Assembly: GCA_964187785.1 (NCBI GenBank)
Contig: OZ076417.1
Coordinates: 30,318,001 to 30,382,000, forward strand
Direction of reading: 5' to 3'
Origin: Amphiscolops sp. MND2022
Taxonomy: Eukaryota
Length of the DNA stretch: 64,000 bases
Shown here: in pieces, positions 49,501 through 58,500 of the stretch
Numbering within the stretch: position 1 is the stretch's first letter
Layout: each line of letters begins with the position of its first letter
Program-made: the position numbers and the translations under genes
Notes under the pieces: generated by a model
What the model was told of the DNA's origin: nothing
The model's input: the letters and a program-made list of their open reading frames with translations, nothing else
Database searches by the model: none

Positions 49501-52500
49501 CGGACCCTAGATTTTGTCGAACAAAGAGTCCATTCTTCATAACTTCCAAGTCCTTTTTTCTGACCATTTTTGACTAGTCAGAAGATTCTGACCAAATGAC
49601 CACCCTGTTTTTGCCTTTGAGACTATTGGAGGATCGATTCAACAAAATTTTGACAAAAAACCGTCTAAACATTTTTTCTCATACCAACCTGAATTTTCTT
49701 CAGCAGGTCAGTGATATCTTTCATCAGAGTGGCTGACTGGAATAACAACTGCTGGTATCTATTGATGACTTCGTCCAAATCCTCGCCCAGCTCGGTTCCA
49801 GAGGCTCCAGTCAGTCCACAGATGGTCTGGCCATCTGGCCCGGTCCCTCCTCCAGTCATCTGATGGAGCTGCTTCACGTAAGACGTCAGCAGGCTGTCGA
49901 AGTTAGCGATCTCTTTGATGCATCTGTTGCCTCTCGTGTTCACTTCTTCCAGTCTCGAATGATGACGAGTGACTTCGTCGTAGAAATCCTGCAGAAATTA
50001 CAGAAAACATTTTACCCTACACCGTGAAGTACGAAAAATAAGCGGATTGAGCCCTCATTAGGAATCCTTTGATGGATCGAAATATAATAGACAAATTAGA
50101 GCAATTGTGTCCAGTGATTGAGAAGAATCAATGAACGCCGTACTCAGAGCGTGAAACATCAGTGAAATATAAGACATCAAATTATCAATTCTTTCGCCGT
50201 GTTAATGGTACAAGGAATATACATTCATTTTGATGATATTAGGACAATTATTGCCGACATTGTCGGATTTTATTTCAACCAAATAATGCAGTTTTTGATT
50301 CATTGACGGAAAGGCATGTTTTTGAAAATCGATCGAGACGGCCAAAAATGTCTACGTCTACGTTTTTTTGATCAATATTTTGATCAAACTGTCAAGCCTA
50401 TTTTTAGTCGGCGCTTTAGGAAATAAAACGCGACTGTTATGGTAAAACTTGGTCGTTCATGCCGAATGCCAATTTTTTTTGGAATTCCTGCAAAATAGCC
50501 AACTGTTCGGAAGGGTCCTACTCTTCAGTTATTTGAATACAAAAAAGATTTGAGGGTTATTTTCAGTACTGAGATTTTTTTCAAAATTTCAATTTTTCAA
50601 AAGGGTCATCCCTTTGATTTTTTGGTACTTTTAGTAATAAAAGAGCCTTTTTAAGCCCAAGGGTCCCCTTTGGATTTTTCGGCGTTGTGTGATTTTTTTG
50701 GGAATATTTTCATTTCGCAAAAAGGTTCTCGCTTTCGTTTTATGATGTTTCCAGTGAGAATAAAGCAAAAAAGTCCTTTCAAGCCCACAGGGTCCCCATT
50801 GGTTTTTCGAGTACAGTGAAAATGAGACCCCCAGGTGATTTTCTTCGACTAACTTCAGAGTAACGTTCCGCAAAGAGTAATAGAACAAGCCGTAAAGACT
50901 TAGGGCTCAAACAGAGCAGTCTTTTCCTGCTCGGGCCGTTTTTTTTAAAAGAAAAATCGGAGCCAAAAAATACCCGAACAGCGACCACCAAACAGAACAA
51001 AAAAAAACAAAAAGTGATCTTCTAAAGAACTGAAAATTTTCAAAAGAAAATCGCACAGTTCCGAAAAAACCTTTCAGTCTCATTAACCTTTTTGATCCAA
51101 GTAAAAATTGGGAAACCAAAGTGAACGACACTTTGTACCATTTTGGCCTTCTTCAGATTCAGGAATTGTACACAGAGACGAAGCCGAGCTTCGCAAACAC
51201 TTGCGAGCTTTTGAAGAAAACCAAATAAGCAATATCATAAGGAGAACCAAGGGTAAAAGGACATTAAAATTTCATGAATTTTACAATATACAGTGCCAAA
51301 ATACCCGAAAGGATACGCAGAAAGTCTCGAAAACCATTCTTCCCCAACTGAAAACAGCAAAAAAACCATCTTTCTCAACGGAAAACCTTTAAAAAACAGA
51401 AAATTAAGGAAAAATTTTTTCGACAATATTTTTGATTGTCTCCGGTAAGTCGCATAGTGTCGAAAACCTTGAGGGGTCCTTAACTCTCGCAAAACGTTTC
51501 GTTTCTGGTAAAAAATAGGAGGGGCTTCGGTGAAACAAATTTTTAAAGAAGTCGCATAGAAAAAACACCGGTCTTTTAAAACAAAAATCGGATATAGCGT
51601 GCCGGACCTGAGAAAACCTAATTTTAACACGAAAATTATTCCTTTTGAAAAATGTCACAATGCCGGAAACTGTGAAAGAGGGGACCCTTTGAGATTTTTT
51701 AACATCCATTCTGTTGCAAAATTCCAAAAAAAATTGAAGGGGGACTCTTTGAAGTCTTTAATGAAAAATTTTCGAAAAAAAAACAAAAAATGAAAATTTT
51801 AATGGCAGTCTCATTGTGCCGGAAAATCTGAAAAAAGGGACCCTTTGGGATTTTTTAACATTCGTTCTGTTGCAAGATATCAAACAAAGAGAAGGGTGGA
51901 CCTTTTGTGGACAATAAAAATTTTTTGGGAAAAAAAAAAACAAAAAATAGAAGGGAGTCTTTTAAATTTTTCGAAAAAACAAAAAATGAGAATTTTGAAG
52001 TCTCATAGTGTCGAAAATTCTGAAAAAAGACCCTTTGGGATTTTCAACATTCGTTCTGTTGCAAAATATCAAAAAAATGAAAGGAGGACTCTTTGGGGAC
52101 ATTAAAAAATTTCGGAAAAAAGTCTCACAAAGCCGAAAAGTCTCATAGTGCCGAAAAAAGTGAGAACCTCCTGCTTCGGAATACTTGTAAAAAATAAGCG
52201 CATACCCACGTGTTCGAACACGAAACCTCTGGGTTGAAAAGCAAGCATCTTACCACTAGACCACGAACGCGTGAAACGTGCGACTTGCCGCGTGAAATGA
52301 GAGTTGTCGCGCGGAAAAAAAGCACCAGCAATTTCCCATAACACTTGCTTATCGCAAGTGTAAAAAGGCCATGCTTATCATCATTTCTTATCATCAAGTC
52401 TGATTCGCCCTCAATTACTGAGTTATTTGTAGTCTCTGACATGAACCCCTTAAATATTTTTCAATCTTTTAATGAGGCCTTTAATATGTTTCCTCCAATA

Positions 52501-55500
52501 AAATATAAGGTTCAAAGCTTCATCTAAAGAAAAACAAGACGGGAACGTCTAAAGTCGACGCTATATCTAAGGCTCAAAAAGCGCAAAACATTTTTTGGAA
52601 AAAAACTTGAAATTTTCAAAATTTTTTTTTCTTTCGGAAAATGTCACACAGTGCCGAAAAATGTAAAAGAGGGGACCCTTTTTGATTTCCAAACATGCAT
52701 TCTGTTGCAAAATAACAAAAAAACTCAAAGGGGGGACATTAAAAAATTTTCGAAAAAAAGTCGCACAGTGCCGAAAAAAATCAAAAGGGGGGACCCTTTG
52801 GGTAGCATATTTGAGGCCCAAAAAATCGAGGCCCGATGCTAGTGTAATTTGAGGCCCGATCATTTTGGTGACTATTAGAGTCAGATATTATATCAGCCAA
52901 TATGTATTTAACTTGATTTATTTCAGGTTAGCATATTTGTTGTATGGCTCGGTCGCATCGCTCCCTTCGCCAAGTAGCAACATTGACGCATGGCCATATG
53001 GCACGTCGCTCCGCTTCGCTCCAGCATTTAGGGCACTAGGGGTATGTGAATATAGCTGACTACGTTATAATAATGATTTCGATGAACAAATTTTCGGGCC
53101 TCAGATAACATTTCATTATCGGGCCTCAGTTTTTCGGGCCTAAATAAACGTTCCCGACCCTTTAGCCTCGGCCGGTTTTGTAGGTTACCTTGAAAAAGTA
53201 AAAAATTAAAGGGGGGGGCGCTTTGCACTACGTTTGCCTTGGCCCCTTTGCCGGACTGGGCACCTTAGGTCCTTAGGTGGTTTCAGGATTGTTTCTAAAA
53301 AGTAGGCCGATCAGTGTGAGGATTGTAGTCTGAAGAAAAAAAACAGTCACTGCTATAGTCGGGCATTTTTCCCTTAATGGAAAAGCGCCGACTAAAAAAC
53401 ACCTGCCCCAGTCAGAATTTGGGGGTGGCTTTTGTTCGAGTCTCTTGCATAGATTTCCAGACAGATTGCTGTTCACTGTGTCAGTAGACAGGCTTACCTT
53501 GGCATCGTCCCATTTGCGAGCCAGCTGGCTCACGTAGAGTGCATCTGTGCGGTCCGCTTCCAGGGGTTTCTGACCCCGATACGGCGCCTTCTCTTCCATT
53601 CTGTCGAGCCACTTGCTCATGTGCTCGTAATCTGACAGGTAGTTTTTCAAGAGCCCCACTTGCTGGTTGCAAAGTTTCACTCTGAAAGAAAATTATCATC
53701 TTAATTGAAGGTGCCAAATATAAGTGGTACACCGAATTAAGTAGTACGCTCATTTTGAATTTATCAGTTTTGTTCATGCAAGTCCAGACATTGTCGTGGT
53801 TTCATGGATTCGACGAGATTTATTTGTTCATCAACGAGAACCGCTAAGGTTCAATTAAAATTCACGAAAAGGACTAACTAGAAAAGGAAGAATTCAGCTA
53901 AAAATAGTCAAAAATGCTTTCGTTACCTATCGTTTTCAATTTCTGCACAACGCTAGCTTTTGGCGAGGAAAAAGTGAAAGCAGCGTCATAAATCTAAGGT
54001 ATCCGATAATTATGCCATCAGTTTTATCAGGATCGTGATTTTTTGCCGACTCCGAGTCTAGAACTCATATTATTGGTTTCTACTCCCGGAATGGGCCATA
54101 TATGTGACTATACTTCGTAGCTGTTAAAGAACTAAAAAAATTTTGAACTTTGGAGAATCGAAATCATTTTTGTGGTTCTGAACAATGAACAAAAATAATA
54201 AGAATTGAACTTGGAACTTAACTAGCCTTTCATTGCACTGGTACTGTATGTTATTCCACCTCTCAACAATTTCCTGCACTGTCTCAACCACCTCATTTAG
54301 CAAATCATTACAAGCCGGATACTTCACAAGCTGAAGCCTCGAGTTCGATTCCTTGAAGAGCATGTCTGTCATTTTTTCACTCAGTTCCACCATTGCATCT
54401 ACTTGAGGCTGAATCGCAGCCAATGAGATATTCAGGTCTTCGCACTTCTCTCTCGTCTCCAGTAGAGCTCGTTCCTTATTGGGCAACGAGTCTTGCATCT
54501 TCAAGGTTCGTTCGAGTCTGGTTACGTAATCGCATGTTATAACGGTCATATGAGAGTGTAACTTGGTGAAAAGTTTCATTTTGCTAAACTGCGACTGAGA
54601 AGTTGTCCACGTTCTGTCCCACTCGAAGCACAGAGTTTTCAGCATTTCTGATGTGGGTGCATCTTCACACGGTGTGAACCTCAAGCTATTGTATTCACCC
54701 TGGATGGCCGATAAACTCGTCATAATCTTTTCCAGGTACTCAATAACTTCCGCAACTTCTTCCATGCTTTTCGGCGCTATCGAAAGCGCTTCTCCCAAAT
54801 GGTTCTGCGCATTGTCAATTCTGGCAAGAAAATCGGCAATTCTTGAGCGCAAGTCTGATGAGCTTGACAAAGGCACGCTTGATCTAGGATCCTGTTGTTT
54901 CTGTCTCGAACTGAGTTCGTGGTAAATTCGGTTGCAGGCTTCCACGTCGCTACTCAACTGCTGCAATTCGAAGGAGGCAATCTGATCAGGGGTTATTTCT
55001 TTTGCTGTTTCCAAAAGAGCCCTCGTTTCTTCATTCAAACTCCGAATCATCGCTTCGCGTTCAACTTTTTGCATTTCTCTGAACTTTTTGGGAGTCCAGC
55101 TTTTCACAGATGTCACTTTCTTCATTATGATCAGACGCTGACTGGCCATCTGGACTCTCATGCATTGTTCCACGCACAGTTCCAGCACTGATTGATATCT
55201 GGCTTCTAATCTAAAACAGGAGGCAAAGGGGTTAACAGACTACCTCAATGTACTCAATGTAAAACGGCTTCACAGACCCAGGTAACGAAGTTTATTGTGG
55301 TAGAATACGAGATTTTTTTAAATTCGAAACGGAATTGCTAAAATTTCCGTTTTTTTGCAGAAACGAATAGAAAACCGCAAGAGAACCACACAAACTTCGA
55401 TCACAAAGGTCAAAAATTCACAAAAAATTCAGATAGTATAGGACACAGTACTTTTCTAAACTTTACTTTTCTTTTCTTTTTAAAAAAATATATAATACAG

Positions 55501-58500
55501 GACTGTGCGTAATAAAACCACAAATTAGTTTTGTTGATGCTTGTATTTGCCCATGGTACATAGGGGACGTGTCGGTAAAGATAAGTGATTTAAAGAAGTA
55601 AGATCATCAGGTGTCAAAACGCTGCAAGCTGCAGAGCCTCCTTACAGTGTCAGTAACGGTCCCATAAAAACAGAATCTGAAAGCATCGGCAATGGAGGAA
55701 GATTTATAGAACAGCTTTCCGTATCTCAATTTTATTGATCGTCCAAAGAAAGAAAAAGGGGTTGATTCTAGGATTAGTTGCATACGAAGTGACAGCCCTC
55801 CCTCGTGGACAATGGCGCTAACCCTTGGACCGAGGACGCAGCTGCGGAGTATGGCGAAACTGATTTTCAGTTCGTATATGGCTATTGGCTTCAGAGTATA
55901 TTTCAGTACTTTTTCATTGACTTTTGATACAAGTCTGGTTATGACTTTTGTACCTGATGGCCCAGCTCCACCTGTGCAGACTAAGACGAGCGTGCTGAAC
56001 GTGCTCTTTTCAACGTTGATAATTATCGACTCATATTTCATCTTCTGTGTCGAAAAAAGTCGGACAGTTCTAAAAAACCTCAAAGAAACCATTCAAGCTC
56101 TTGAACGTATTGCCCAAACTGAAAATATTAAAAAAAAATCGACACAGAGGCGAAGCGGTGCTTCGCAACACATGACGAAGACAACGATTATTTTAATATG
56201 CGTATATATATTATTTTAATAGCATGCGTATATATTCAACAGTTCAACTTTATTCAATAACGTCCTTATGGCACAGTGGTTAACACTTATGCCGCGCAAT
56301 CGGGAGGCTGCAGGTTCGAATCTCTCTGGGGTTTTGGCTTTTCTCTAAAAGGGGCTTATTATGAAGTTGGCTATTGTGGAAAAAAAACTTTCTTAGCTGG
56401 ACTGCAATGCACATTGACTTCGTCATGTGCAAAAAGAGACCCTTTGTGGAATATCAAGAAGTCCGAAAAAACCTTACATGGGGCCGAAAACCTTTGGGGG
56501 GACACTTCGGTCCCAAACAGTTTCGAGGAATCGATACAATTCCAGGTGGTCTTCTCAAGGAACATTGATAAGTTTGAGTTCTGCAGAAAAGAAAAAGCAT
56601 TACTCCAACCCGGTCATTTCAATATCGTTTGTTACTTGAAGTCAGCACTTGAACTGAGATTTTAACTTGAAAAGGGGAAAATAGTAGGCCATAAAGACTT
56701 CTGAAATTCATCACTTTGAGACTTATCAGCGCTCAGAGCAATGATATCAAGTTCATAAAAGTCATTATTCACCTTATGTTTGTTATCAATCTCAATAGCT
56801 GTTAGCGTCAGTCAAACAAAACAGAAAATTAGACCGACCTTTTTAGTCGGCGCATTTTAGTAGAAAACGAGCCCGACTCTTACAGTGGGTAGTTTTTTTG
56901 TTGGACGCGTAAAGTCCACTTTTCTTTTCGTCAGATAACAGAATGTATGCGTAGTGGACACTCTTTACAGAACTACTAAAATACTGGACCGGCCAGTGGA
57001 AACGTATCTAAGTTAGTGCAAAGGGTCCCCCCTTTCAGTCATTTCATTTTTAACGTATGATACAAAACCAGACGAGACTATAGGGTGCCCCTTTGCATTT
57101 TTTTTGGCACTGTGCGATTCTTTCTCGAAATTTTTTGTAGCCAAAAGGTCCCCCTTCAAGTGTTTTGATATTTTGCAACAAACTGGAGTTCCAAAAAGCC
57201 TAAAGGGTGTCCCTTTTAAATTTTTCGGCACTATGAGACTGTTTCAATTTTTTGTAGTTTTCTCAAGATCGCCCACAAACAACTTTTTTTTCAATACTTT
57301 CGGAAATTTCGATGTAATATCCGGAGTAAAGCGCTATATCCGAACTTTGACGTTATATCCGAAGTTTTACTGAGGAGGCGTAGGATCGAAAAAAGCGCTC
57401 GCATTTGTTTCAGTACATTATATCCGAACTTCTAAAGCGTTTTTCGAGCACGAAAGGCACCCTACGGTGTTTAGAAACAAAACTTCATTTAAAAATTGTC
57501 CTGAGCACATCTTTTTGCGCTTTTTGAGACTTAGATATACCGCCGACTTTAGACGTTCCCGTCTTGTTAACTAATATTATAGCTTACACAGAAATGCTCA
57601 ACATAGGTGACCGTGGCGCAAAAGGTTCCAAAAAAATGAACGCGCTGATGGTTCCTACCACCGAACGGTATCACAAAATATGTCACTTCGAATCTTTTGG
57701 CCACTGAGGGGCAAAATTATATTTCTGCTTTAATAATCATTAACTCCAAAATTCAATATTAAACACATACAAGGCGCGAAATAACTATACACTCCTGTAA
57801 GTTCATAAGCGCAAAATTAGGCATGGTACCAGATTACACCGCCTTTAATTCTTCTCGGATGATAAGCTTTATTACTTGAAATAAAGAGTACAAATACTGA
57901 GCGTATTTGATGCTTCACATTCGTATCTGAGTGCGGGAGAAGCTGTCGATGTACGAATATTTAACACTTTCGCTTCATCTCGATGAACCGGGCGTACGAA
58001 TAATTAACAAGAGTTCGCTTCTCAAATCAACAAGGCACTGATCCGCAGCTACTAGAATTGAATGAATTTCTCAAGACGTTGAGTAGTCAACCAAAATTGG
58101 CGAACGAAAAATGTCAAAAATTGGGTTTAAAAATCACAACAAGCCGCGAACGGCCCAAGTCGGCGCCATATCTAAGGCTCAAAAATAGCAGAAGGACTTC
58201 AAAATGTCAAAGTATTGGTGAATTGGGGACCCTTTTAAGAAAAAACAACAAAAGCTCTCAAAAAACTAAAAATTGAGAAAATTTTTTTTTGAAATTTTTT
58301 TTCGAAGTTTCCGGTAAGTCGCATAGTGCCGAAAAATGTAAAAGGGGGGACGCTTTTTACCTCATGTTTGACGCTTTGGATGCGTTGAAAATGAAGTACT
58401 AAGTACATATGGTAAAAGTTGGTAAATGTGCATTAATTGGATTAATGCACAAAAAGTGGACGTACGCGTTGAACTGACGAAAAAAAAACTAGCCACTGTA

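Noticed and set aside
50631-52863. K/F-rich ORFs in intronic repeat clusters (also 1713-2044, 47714-48113, 57013-57373)
   Set aside because: They are translations of the AT-rich HINE-like minisatellite units.
55607-56092. 161-aa ORF as an extra host exon or nested gene
   Set aside because: The peptide matches a CRE retrotransposon C-terminus, and the flanking host exons already join in frame without it.
1986-56332. Four tRNA-like segments as functional tRNA genes
   Set aside because: The acceptor or anticodon stems are broken and three are embedded in repeat bodies, so they are listed as tRNA-derived pseudogenes.
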